DNA of 64,000 bases from an uncultured Gemmatimonadales bacterium (GTDB lineage Bacteria > Gemmatimonadota > Gemmatimonadetes > Gemmatimonadales > Gemmatimonadaceae), in the NCBI GenBank assembly GCA_963851265.1, contig CAWKNZ010000002.1:1344001-1408000 (forward strand), given 5' to 3'. The first letter of the stretch is position 1; every line of letters starts with the position of its first letter. Shown in pieces: positions 54,386-64,000 of this stretch. The notes beneath the pieces were generated by a model. The model did no database searches. It was given only the letters and a program-made list of their open reading frames with translations, and was not told where the DNA came from. A program made the position numbers and the translations under genes.

Positions 54386-55480
54386 TCACGCGGTCGTCCC
54401 CGACTCGCCGAGCAGAGTCGTGCGGACGTACCGCGCGCGCGCCACGTTCGCTTCCGCCTCCGTGAGCGTCCGCGGACCGCCGGGTTCGGCGGCGGCGAGG
54501 TGCGCCGGCTGGCAGAAGATCAGAAGCTTGTTGAGGCTGTATACACTGAGGTCGCGAATCAGTTTCAGCCCGACCGCGAGCCGCACCCCGCTCAGGTAGT
54601 TCATCGCCTCGTCGAACGTGAGGCTGCGCGCGTACCGCAACGTGCCGTACGCACGCCACAGCTTGTCCTCAAGTACCATCGCCGCGTCGCGCAGCAGCAC
54701 GCGCCGCGCTTCCTCCTCGCGCTCGATCACGCGCCGCACCACGCGCCCGAGATGGTCCAGCAGCTCCTCCTCCGAGCGCCCGAGCGTCGTCTGGTTCGAG
54801 ATCTGGAAGAAGTTGCCGACGACCTCGCTCCCTTCGCCGTAGAGCCCGCGGTACGTGAGGCCCATCTGCTGCAGCCCACCGAGGACCTTCTGGATTTCCT
54901 TCGTGAGCACGAGGCCCGGGAGATGGATCAGCACGCTCGCGCGCATGCCCGTCCCGGTGTTCGTCGGACACGCCGTGAGAAACCCGAACTCCGAATGGTA
55001 CGAGTACGGCACCTGCGCCCCGATCGCCTGGTCCATCGCCAACGCGCCCTGGAACGCGCCGGCGAGTTCGAACCCGGATCGCATCGACTGCAATCGGAGA
55101 TGGTCCTCCTCGTTCACCATCACGCCTTCAGATCCGGTCAGCAGTACCGCGGCTCCCGTCTTCACGCCCTTCGGATCGTCGACGCCCGCGAGCTCCTTGC
55201 TCACCAGGTGCCGCTCGTGCAGGAGTCGCCGCTGCGGCGCATCCATCTCGTCGAGCCGGATCCAGACCCCGTCCCGAAGCCCGGGCAGCCGCTCCGCCGC
55301 CTCGCGCACCTGCGCGAGCACACGCAGGCGTTCGCCATCCCGCGCCCGCGGCGTGAACGCGTACCCTTCCACGTTACGCGCGAGGCGCACGCGCGTGGAC
55401 AGCACGACGTCGGCGTGCTCGCCCGACGCGTCGAGCCATCGCGTGCCCCCGTCGGGTAACAGGCTGAGATCGACGCTCAT
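54386..55480 (-). CDS. mcsB: Protein arginine kinase McsB
   Basis: LSTRVRLARN, ERHLVS, MVNEEDHLR, LTACPTNTGTGMRASVLIHLP, RGLYGEGS, QISNQ-TLG. Confidence 0.95.
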   Translation of the reverse strand: MSVDLSLLPDGGTRWLDASGEHADVVLSTRVRLARNVEGYAFTPRARDGERLRVLAQVREAAERLPGLRDGVWIRLDEMDAPQRRLLHERHLVSKELAGVDDPKGVKTGAAVLLTGSEGVMVNEEDHLRLQSMRSGFELAGAFQGALAMDQAIGAQVPYSYHSEFGFLTACPTNTGTGMRASVLIHLPGLVLTKEIQKVLGGLQQMGLTYRGLYGEGSEVVGNFFQISNQTTLGRSEEELLDHLGRVVRRVIEREEEARRVLLRDAAMVLEDKLWRAYGTLRYARSLTFDEAMNYLSGVRLAVGLKLIRDLSVYSLNKLLIFCQPAHLAAAEPGGPRTLTEAEANVARARYVRTTLLGESGTTA

Positions 55481-56007
55481 GCGCGTGCCACGTTCGACGT
55501 GACTGGCGCATCCGTCGTGTTCCGTTCGGCATTGCGCAGGCGGTCGCGTAACTGCGCGGCGAGCTCGAACTGCTCTGCCGCGATCGCCCGGCGCAGTTCC
55601 TCTCGGAGTTGCCCGACGGTCCCCACCGCCTCTAGCACCGCGGCCGTCGGCGGCACGTACTTGCGCCCGGTGTGTTTCGCGTTCCCGTGCAGCCGCCGGA
55701 GCAACTCACGCAAACTGCGTTCGAACGCGTTGTAGCACCGCGCACACCCCACGCGGCCCGACTGGCGGAAGTCGCGAGCCGTCGCGCCGCAGAAATGACA
55801 GGCCGACTGGTCACCGGGCGCCGCAACAGCCTGCTGATTGACCGCCTGCAGAAAGTCGCTGAGCGCCGGCTTCGGCGTCGCGACCGTGGTCTCGACGCCC
55901 TGTTCCGCCGCGCACCGCTCGCAGAGGTGCTGCTGGCGGACCGTTCCGTCCTTCACCTTCGTCAAGTTGACGACGGCGTCGCGCTCCTGACAGTTGTCGC
56001 AAATCAT
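55477..56007 (-). CDS. mcsA: McsA (Zn-finger/UVR activator of McsB)
   Basis: Four CxxC motifs (CDNC, CERC, CHFC, CARC), HG---H-G, UVR motif EQFELAAQLRD; GGAGGAGG upstream of ATG 56007. Confidence 0.93.
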   Translation of the reverse strand: MICDNCQERDAVVNLTKVKDGTVRQQHLCERCAAEQGVETTVATPKPALSDFLQAVNQQAVAAPGDQSACHFCGATARDFRQSGRVGCARCYNAFERSLRELLRRLHGNAKHTGRKYVPPTAAVLEAVGTVGQLREELRRAIAAEQFELAAQLRDRLRNAERNTTDAPVTSNVARA

Positions 56008-56144
56008 CGTGGCACCTCCTCCCATCCCCCTTGTACCGCGGCAGGCCCCTTCGGGTGCCGTGCTCTCAACGCGTCCGACGTCAGCCCTGCACCACTCGAT
56101 CCCCCAACACGTTCCGCGCACCCGCGCGAGAGCGCAAGCATCCG

Positions 56145-56921
56145 TCAGACGTCCGCGACGCCGGACCGTGTATCTGACGGCTCGACCGCGCCGACCGTTG
56201 GGTGCAGCCGCCCGTTCGCCAGGCGCAGCACGCGTTGCGCGCGCCCCGCCAACGACGGATTGTGCGTCACCACCACGAGTCCGAGCTGCTCCTCGCGCGC
56301 CAGCCCCGCGAACAGCTCGTGCAACCGCTCGGCGTTCGCCTGGTCGAGGTTCCCCGACGGCTCGTCCGCAAGCAGCACGGCCGGCTCCGCCGCCAGCGCG
56401 CGAGCCACGGCCGCCCGCTGCTGCTCGCCGCCCGAGAGCGCGGCCGGACGGTGGTGCAGCCGCGAGGCGAGCCCGACGCGGTCGAGTAGCGCCGCCGCTC
56501 GCTCGCGGGCCGATCGCGGGGGCTCGCCCGCGATCCGGAGCGGCATCATCACATTCTCGAGCGCGGTGAACTCGCGCAAGAGATGATGAAACTGAAAGAC
56601 AAATCCCACCAGCCGGTTCCGTAGCGTCGCGAGCGCGGCGTCGCTGTGCGCGCCAAGTAACTCGCCGTCGAGGCGCACCTCCCCCGCCGTCGGACGCTCG
56701 AGCGCTCCGAGGACGTGCAGCAGGGTGCTCTTCCCGGCGCCACTCTCGCCGACCACGGCGACCATCTCGCCCCGCTCGACAGCGAGCGAGACGCCGTCGA
56801 GCACGCGCAGCCGCGTCCCATCGCCGCCGATGTAGTCCTTCTCCACGTCGCGCACCTCGAGCACCGCAGCCGGCGTCCTCGAGAGCGATCGGGCCCGCGA
56901 ATCCACGTCCGCTCCGACCAC
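56145..56921 (-). CDS. lolD: Lipoprotein-releasing ABC transporter ATPase
   Basis: GESGAGKST, GFVFQFHHLL-EFTALENV, LSGGEQQR, ADEPSGNLD. Confidence 0.92.
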   Translation of the reverse strand: MVGADVDSRARSLSRTPAAVLEVRDVEKDYIGGDGTRLRVLDGVSLAVERGEMVAVVGESGAGKSTLLHVLGALERPTAGEVRLDGELLGAHSDAALATLRNRLVGFVFQFHHLLREFTALENVMMPLRIAGEPPRSARERAAALLDRVGLASRLHHRPAALSGGEQQRAAVARALAAEPAVLLADEPSGNLDQANAERLHELFAGLAREEQLGLVVVTHNPSLAGRAQRVLRLANGRLHPTVGAVEPSDTRSGVADV

Positions 56922-58242
56922 TACTCGTGCCGGATCGCTTCGATCGGATACAGCCGTGCCGCCTGCGCCGCCGGGTACAGCGTCGCGAGCGCCGCGATGG
57001 CGAGGCTGGCGAGGACCGTGATGAGCACGTCGGTCGGCTCGGTCGATACCGGGAGATGATCGATGAAGTAGACCGAGGGGTCGAGCCGGATGAGCTGGAA
57101 TCGCCCGAGCGCAAGCGCGCCGCCGAGCCCGAGTACGAGGCCGCCTACCGTGCCGACAAGGCCGATGGCGAGCCCCTGCAGAAAGAACACGCGGCGCACC
57201 GAGGCGGCCGGCAACCCCATCGCCTTCAGGATCCCGATCTCGCGCGTCTTGTCGGTGACGACCATCGTGAGCGTGCTCACGATGTTGAACGCCGCGACGA
57301 CGACGATCAGCAGCAGGATCACGCTCATCCCGAGCTTCTCGAGTTTGAGCGCTTGGAAAAGCGAGCTGTTCTGATCCTGCCAGTCACGCGCGTAATACGG
57401 GAAGCCGAGTCGCGCCGCGAGGTCCCGCGCGACCCTATCGGCGTGCCACCGGTCGGCGGTCCGCACCTCGAGACCCGTCACAGCCGAGTCGAGGCCGGCC
57501 AGCCGCTGGGCCCGCGGCAAGGCGACGTACAGGTACGTGTTGTCGTACTCGAACATCCCGGTTTCGAAGATGCCGGTCACCTCGAACTGCTCCGCGGTCG
57601 GCACCAGCGTCCCCGTGAGCGGGTTGAGCGCCGTGCTCGCGCGCGTCACGATCGAGATGGTCTGCCCCACCACCGCGTTCAGTTGCTCGGCGAGGCGATT
57701 GCCGAGCACGGCGCCGCGCAGGCGCCCGTCGCCGCTCCGGAAGGTGAAATCGCCCGCGATCGCGTGCGCACGCACGGAGGTCACGTTCACGACGCCCGGC
57801 GCCTGCGGTTCGAGGCCGACGATCTGCGCCCCGGTGGTGTAGCCCTGCGTCCCCAACCCCACGACGCCGTACGTGAACACGACCGGCGCGACGGCTACGA
57901 CGTCCGGCGCGCTCCTTACCCGCGCCATCGCCTCGCGCCAGCGGTCCATGCGCATGCTGTTGCCGACCGTGACGATGCGCACGTCCGGGCTCGCGACGAG
58001 AATCTTCTCCCGGAGGTCGTGCTGCAGTCCGTTCATCACCCCCATGATGAGGATGAGCGCCGCCACGCCGACCACGACGCCCGCGATCGCGATCGCGCTG
58101 ATGAGCGACAGCAGCCCCGATCCGCGCCTGCTCCGCAGATACCGCCACGCGATCGACGCTTCGAGCGCGAGGCGCGACGCGCCAGGCTCCCCGCGCGACG
58201 CCCGCGACGCGCGCGACGTCGAAATGCGGAGCGGAACCGTCG

Positions 58243-58246
<4 letters not shown>
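56921..58246 (-). CDS. Lipoprotein-releasing ABC transporter permease (single LolC/E-type)
   Basis: [60 protein letters not shown]. Confidence 0.92.
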
Positions 58247-59826
<1,580 letters not shown>

Positions 59827-59830
<4 letters not shown>

Positions 59831-60955
59831 CGCGGTCCGCCGTCGCCGGCCGCGGCCGGGGCACCGTGCTCCTTGAGGTACGCCTCGATGAACGGGTCGA
59901 TCGCGCCGTCCATCACCTTCTGCACGTCCGGGATCTTGAGCTCGGTGCGATGATCGTTGACCATCGTGTAGGGCTGGAACACGTAGCTCCGGATCTGGCT
60001 TCCGAAGCTCACGTCGGTCTTGGTCGCGTTCAGCGCGTCCTTCGCCGCCTGCTGCTTGTCAGCTTCGATCTGGTAGAGGCGGTTCTTAAGCATCTTCATC
60101 GCGGTCGCCTTGTTCTTGAACTGCGACCGCTCCTGCTGCGACGACACGACGACGCCCGACGGCATATGTCGGAGCCGGACCGCGGACGACGTCTTGTTGA
60201 CGTGCTGCCCGCCGGCGCCGCTCGCGCGAAACACTTCCATCACGATGTCCTCGTCGCGGACCTCGATGTTGATCTCCTCGTCGACGACCGGGTACACGAA
60301 GACCGAGGCGAAGCTCGTGTGCCGCCGCGCTTGCGCGTCGAACGGCGAGATGCGCACGAGTCGGTGCACGCCGGTCTCGGGTCGCAGAAAGCCGAACGCG
60401 TACTGCCCGCGAATTTCGATCACGGCGCCCTTGATGCCGGCCTCTTCGCCCTCGGAGACGTCGAGCACCTCGACTTCGAAGCCGCGTCGCTCCGCCCAGC
60501 GCGTGTACATGCGCAGAATCATCTGCGCCCAGTCCTGCGCCTCGGTCCCGCCCGCGCCCGCGGAGATCTCGACCTGCGCGTCGCGGGCGTCGTCCGGCCC
60601 CTGCAGGAGCGTTCGAAGTTCGAAATCATCGAGCGCTCGCTCGATCGCGTCGACCTCGCTCTCGAGATCGCGCGAGAGATCAGCGTCCGGCTCGACCTCG
60701 AGGAGATCGAGGAGCTCCCGCGCACCAGCGACGCGCGTCTCGATTCCGTCGAACGGCTCGACCCAGTTACGGAGCGCCTTGACGTCCTGCACGACGCGTT
60801 GCGCGCGCTCCTGGTTGTCCCAGAAGCCGGGCTCGCTCATCTGTGCTTCGAGTTGCTCCAGACGGTCGCGCTTGGACGCGACGTCAAAGATACCCCCGCA
60901 GCTCGGCGACCCGGTCCTGCTGTCGCTCGAGCTGCCGTACACGCTCGTGATCCAT
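59827..60955 (-). CDS. prfB: Peptide chain release factor 2 with programmed +1 frameshift
   Basis: ATG 60955 gives MDHERVRQLERQQDRVAELRGYL, then CTT TGA C. The shifted frame has GGTEAQDW, SPF and GAGGQ. Alternative start GTG 60967. Confidence 0.96.
60883..60898 (-). promoter_or_regulatory. prfB +1 frameshift cassette
   Basis: CGGGGG TAT CTT TGA C: internal SD-like run, 3-nt spacer and slippery CTT-TGA-C. Confidence 0.95.
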
Positions 60956-61071
60956 TGCTTCGTTCACCGTGGGAGGCGCGGCGACGCGACACCCGCGTCT
61001 CCAAACCTCGAAGTATAACGCGGCGGTAAAGCCGGTCCGCGCCAACGGCCGTCGGTGGAACGCTCGCCGCG

Positions 61072-61749
61072 TCAGAACACGCGGCGCCCGCCGGCGAGCA
61101 CATCGTTGAGCGCGTCCTGAAAGTGCGGCGTCGACTCCGCGACGGTCGCGCCAACCTGCTCGACGTACTCGTCCCAGCTCTTCCGGATCTCCTCCCGGAA
61201 CAGCTGCCGCAGCGTCCCGTCGCGCAGACCTTGTTCGCGCTTCTGCGGATTGTACGCCACGAGGTCGGACACGAGCGCGCGCGCCAGGCGACGTGCGCGC
61301 AACTCCGGCGTGTTGTTCAGGTACGGATTGACCGGCCGCGCGCGGCCATCACTCGGCGCCGATGGCCCGACGGCGTGAGCCGGCGCCGGAGCGGCGTTCA
61401 CCGACGCGTCTGGCGCGGCACGTTCCGGCGTCGCGGCCATGTCGCCACTCGCCGGCGCGGCCGAGGGCTCGTCGGCGTTCTGCGCCGGAACCACCGTGTC
61501 TTCCGAACGCATGTCCGGAGGTGCCGCGAACGCACTCGGAGCGTCCGACTGCTCGCCGACCGCACGCGGCGAGCCCGAATCCATCGCGCTACCCACGGCC
61601 GCGACATCGGGATGCGGCGCCTCAGCGTTCACCCGCGACACCGAGATGATGCCGCCGCAGACGCTACACCGCGCTTGGACGCCAACCTCCGGGACCTTCG
61701 CCGGATCGACGCGGAAAGTCGAACCGCAGTCAGGGCAGGATACGTTCAC
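61072..61749 (-). CDS. MJ0042-type zinc-ribbon protein with disordered linker and helical C-terminal domain
   Basis: CPDCGSTFRVD--KVP--G--ARCSVC, A/P-rich linker, ARRLARALVSDLVAYNP...EEIRKSWDEY. GTG 61749 overlaps the GGDEF gene stop. Confidence 0.82.
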   Translation of the reverse strand: MNVSCPDCGSTFRVDPAKVPEVGVQARCSVCGGIISVSRVNAEAPHPDVAAVGSAMDSGSPRAVGEQSDAPSAFAAPPDMRSEDTVVPAQNADEPSAAPASGDMAATPERAAPDASVNAAPAPAHAVGPSAPSDGRARPVNPYLNNTPELRARRLARALVSDLVAYNPQKREQGLRDGTLRQLFREEIRKSWDEYVEQVGATVAESTPHFQDALNDVLAGGRRVF

Positions 61750-62738
61750 TCGATGTCCGCAAAGGGTGCGGTGGACTGGGCAGATTCTTCGCCGCGCCGG
61801 TCGAAGGCGAACACAGAACCGGGCAGCGTCTTCGCGAAGCTCTTCATCTCCGACGCGAGCCGACTCACCTCGGCGGCCGACTCGAACCGGCGCCGTTCGG
61901 TGGTCGCGACGCCCACCGAGAGCGTCATGAGCGGGACTCGGTGCAGCTGACCGCGCCGGTCCTTGCCAAGATAGTATCCGGCCCGGCGGTCCGCCGCGTT
62001 GTACTGCATGGGCGCGATGATATCGAACGTCTCGACCATCAGGGCGCACGCCGCAGCAGCTGCGTGTAACGGGAGCACGCAGAGAAAGTCGTCCCCGCCG
62101 ATGTGCCCCACGAACGCGTCGTCGCCCGCAGCGCCGAGTGCAACGTCGTGTAGCAGACGCGCGACCATGCGAATTACGCGGTCGCCCTCGCGGAATCCGT
62201 ACCGGTCGTTGAACTCCTTGAAGTGGTCCAGGTCCGCATAGCAGGCCGCGAACGCACGACCGGCGTCGAGGTGTGCTGTCAGCAAGGCATCGATCGCAGG
62301 CGGTCCGGGGAGCCCGGTTGTCGGTTGCGCGGCGAGATCGCGGCGCGAGCGACGGATCGCCGCGTCCAGACGCGCGACGGCCAAATCGCCACGCTCGTCG
62401 TGCGCGAGCACCTCATCGGCGCCCGCCCGCAGGAAATCCGCCGCGTCTGCACTATCGGACGCCCCGATTCCGATCACGACGCACGGCACCAGCGCAGTGT
62501 ACGCATCGTGCTTGGCCGCTGCGCACGCCGCGAGAGCCGTCGAGGCATCCCGCGCCTCGAGCAGGACGAGATCGGGACGCGAACGGCGGAGGACAGAGAG
62601 CAGGTCGCCGACGTCCCGTGCGATCCGCACGTCGGCGCCGCGCAGCCACGACGACAGCCAGGGCGGTCCGGTCGCCGGTTCGCCGTCGGCGGTGGACGCG
62701 AGCCGTAAAACGGAGAGATCCCCGAGCGTTGCCGGCAC
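61746..62738 (-). CDS. Receiver-like plus GGDEF domain protein (GGDDF variant); start uncertain
   Basis: PTTGLPG, YADLDHFKEFNDRYGFREGD, GHIGGDDF, TLSVG; degenerate REC segment (PDLVLLE, GADEVL). Confidence 0.85.
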   Translation of the reverse strand: MPATLGDLSVLRLASTADGEPATGPPWLSSWLRGADVRIARDVGDLLSVLRRSRPDLVLLEARDASTALAACAAAKHDAYTALVPCVVIGIGASDSADAADFLRAGADEVLAHDERGDLAVARLDAAIRRSRRDLAAQPTTGLPGPPAIDALLTAHLDAGRAFAACYADLDHFKEFNDRYGFREGDRVIRMVARLLHDVALGAAGDDAFVGHIGGDDFLCVLPLHAAAAACALMVETFDIIAPMQYNAADRRAGYYLGKDRRGQLHRVPLMTLSVGVATTERRRFESAAEVSRLASEMKSFAKTLPGSVFAFDRRGEESAQSTAPFADIE

Positions 62739-62820
62739 GCGCGCGCCTATCGCGCGCGCTTGGCGCGCACGAGCGCGCCCCCGCCGGTCCCGCGCGGCGC
62801 CACGCACCGTTCGGCGGTCA

Positions 62821-62997
62821 TCACGGGGACGGAATCTCGATCGCCTCGTCCACCAGCATGATCGGGATGTCGTCCCGGACCGGGTATCGAAGCCGGCACT
62901 GCGGGCAGTCGAGCGCGGCCTGGTCCTCTCGGTAAGTCAGCGGTCCCTTGCACCGCGGACACACGAGTACGGCGAGCAGTTGAGGCGAGAGGCTCAT
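62821..62997 (-). CDS. Trm112-like (UPF0434/YcaR) small protein
   Basis: MSLSPQLLAVLVCPRCKGPL...CPQCRLRYPVRDDIPIMLVDEA. ATG 62997 overlaps the era stop. Confidence 0.92.
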   Translation of the reverse strand: MSLSPQLLAVLVCPRCKGPLTYREDQAALDCPQCRLRYPVRDDIPIMLVDEAIEIPSP

Positions 62998-63929
62998 CGC
63001 TCGGACGCCGGCGGGAGATGATACCCGAAGCGCCGGAGTGCCCGACCGTCGCGTCGCCAGTTGTGAAGAACCTTTACCCACAAATCGAGATACACAGCGG
63101 CTCCGATGAACGTCTCGATCTTCGTCCGTGACGCGCGTCCGATCTCGCGCAGGCGTCCGCCTCGTGCGCCGATGAGGATGCCGCGCTGCGAATCCCGCTC
63201 GACGTACAGCGTCGCGCGAATGTATACAGGACGCCGCGACTCGCGGAATTCGTCGATCTCGCACGCGAGCGCGTATGGGACCTCGTCCTCGAGCGTCTCT
63301 AGCGCGGTCTCGCGGATCATCTCGGCGACGAAGTAGCGCACCGACTGCGTGCTGATCTCGTCCTCCGGATATAGAAACGGGCTTTCCGGCAACGCCACGG
63401 TGATGCGCTCGACGAGCGCTTCGACGCCTTCGCCCGACTGCGCGGAGATCCAGAGTGCGTCGCGGAGCTCGGCCGCGGCGCGCGCGGGATGCCCGGGCGG
63501 GAGCACGTCCGACTTGTTGGCGACGCGCAGCACGGGTGCGCGGAGCGGCGCGCTCGCGCCGGCGGCGCGCGCGAGATCGAGCCCCGCGTCGGCGAGATCG
63601 CCCGATGCGTCGACGACATGAACGATGACGTCTGCGTCGCGGAGCGCATCGCGCGCGGTCGCCTGCATCGCCTCGTGAAGCGCGTACCGGGGCTCGAGCA
63701 GGCCGGGCGTGTCGAGGAACACGAGCTGTGCGAGCGGCTCGCTGCGGATCCCGACGACGCGATCGCGCGTCGACTGCGGCTTCGAGCTCGTGATTGCGAG
63801 CTTCTCGCCGACGAGCCGGTTGAGCAGCGTGGATTTACCAGCGTTAGGCCGCCCGGCGATCGCGACGTACCCCGCGCGCGTTCGGGGCGCTAGCGCGGCC
63901 GGTGTGGACGGCGGGTCGGGATCAGGCAT
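62994..63929 (-). CDS. era: GTPase Era
   Basis: GRPNAGKSTL, PQSTR, DTPG, NKSD, KH domain (VERDSQRGILIG, VYLDLWVKV). Confidence 0.97.
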   Translation of the reverse strand: MPDPDPPSTPAALAPRTRAGYVAIAGRPNAGKSTLLNRLVGEKLAITSSKPQSTRDRVVGIRSEPLAQLVFLDTPGLLEPRYALHEAMQATARDALRDADVIVHVVDASGDLADAGLDLARAAGASAPLRAPVLRVANKSDVLPPGHPARAAAELRDALWISAQSGEGVEALVERITVALPESPFLYPEDEISTQSVRYFVAEMIRETALETLEDEVPYALACEIDEFRESRRPVYIRATLYVERDSQRGILIGARGGRLREIGRASRTKIETFIGAAVYLDLWVKVLHNWRRDGRALRRFGYHLPPASER

Positions 63930-63940
63930 GGGCGAAATGA

Positions 63941-63977
63941 ACGACGTCCCCGATTGCAGAGCAATCGGGGACGTCGT
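63941..63977 (-). terminator. Intrinsic terminator downstream of the probable 5S rRNA
   Basis: 17-bp perfect stem ACGACGTCCCCGATTGC-aga-GCAATCGGGGACGTCGT, followed on - by TCATTTC. Confidence 0.75.
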
Positions 63978-63982
63978 GAGGG

Positions 63983-64000
63983 TGCCGGCGACGGCCTACT
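63983..64000 (-). rRNA. rrf: Probable 3' end of 5S rRNA (rest of the gene lies beyond the window)
   Basis: Minus strand AGTAGGCCGTCGCCGGCA resembles the conserved 5S 3' terminus (AGTAGG-N-N-N-Y-GCC-GGC) and is followed by a strong terminator. Only about 18 nt are visible. Confidence 0.6.

Overview
This is a very GC-rich, gene-dense core-genome segment from a diderm (LPS-making) bacterium. Gene order and the lpxC-fabZ fusion suggest Gemmatimonadota (inference). Genes converge on one point. Left of about 24.9 kb, 22 of 23 CDSs are on + (acpP-fabF-ispF-dedA-xerD-GATase-OM protein, then kdsB-pyrG-kdsA-kdsC-kdsD-lptC-lptA-lptB-rpoN, a five-gene glycosylation module and dapF). Right of it, all 34 CDSs, a tRNA-Arg(CCT) and a probable 5S rRNA end are on - (era, GGDEF/zinc-ribbon pair, prfB, lysS, lolE/D, mcsA-mcsB-clpC, bamA-skp-lpx genes, gdh, rlmH, bshC, murJ, uvrC, der-plsY-gpsA, surE-pcm). 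A 28-bp XerC/D dif-like site sits at the switch (24948-24975), so the window probably spans the replication terminus, with DnaA-box-like repeats beside it. Other notable signals: a non-palindromic heptamer GTTAGGC/GCCTAAC seen 20 times, written into genes through rare codons in several frames; the canonical prfB +1 frameshift; an unexplained +1 frameshift in lysS; two probable CTG starts in CTGA overlaps; a divergent Lpt bridge; and sigma54-like promoters before the rpoN operon and clpC. No CRISPR array, IS element or prophage was seen. All calls come from manual motif reading, with no database searches.
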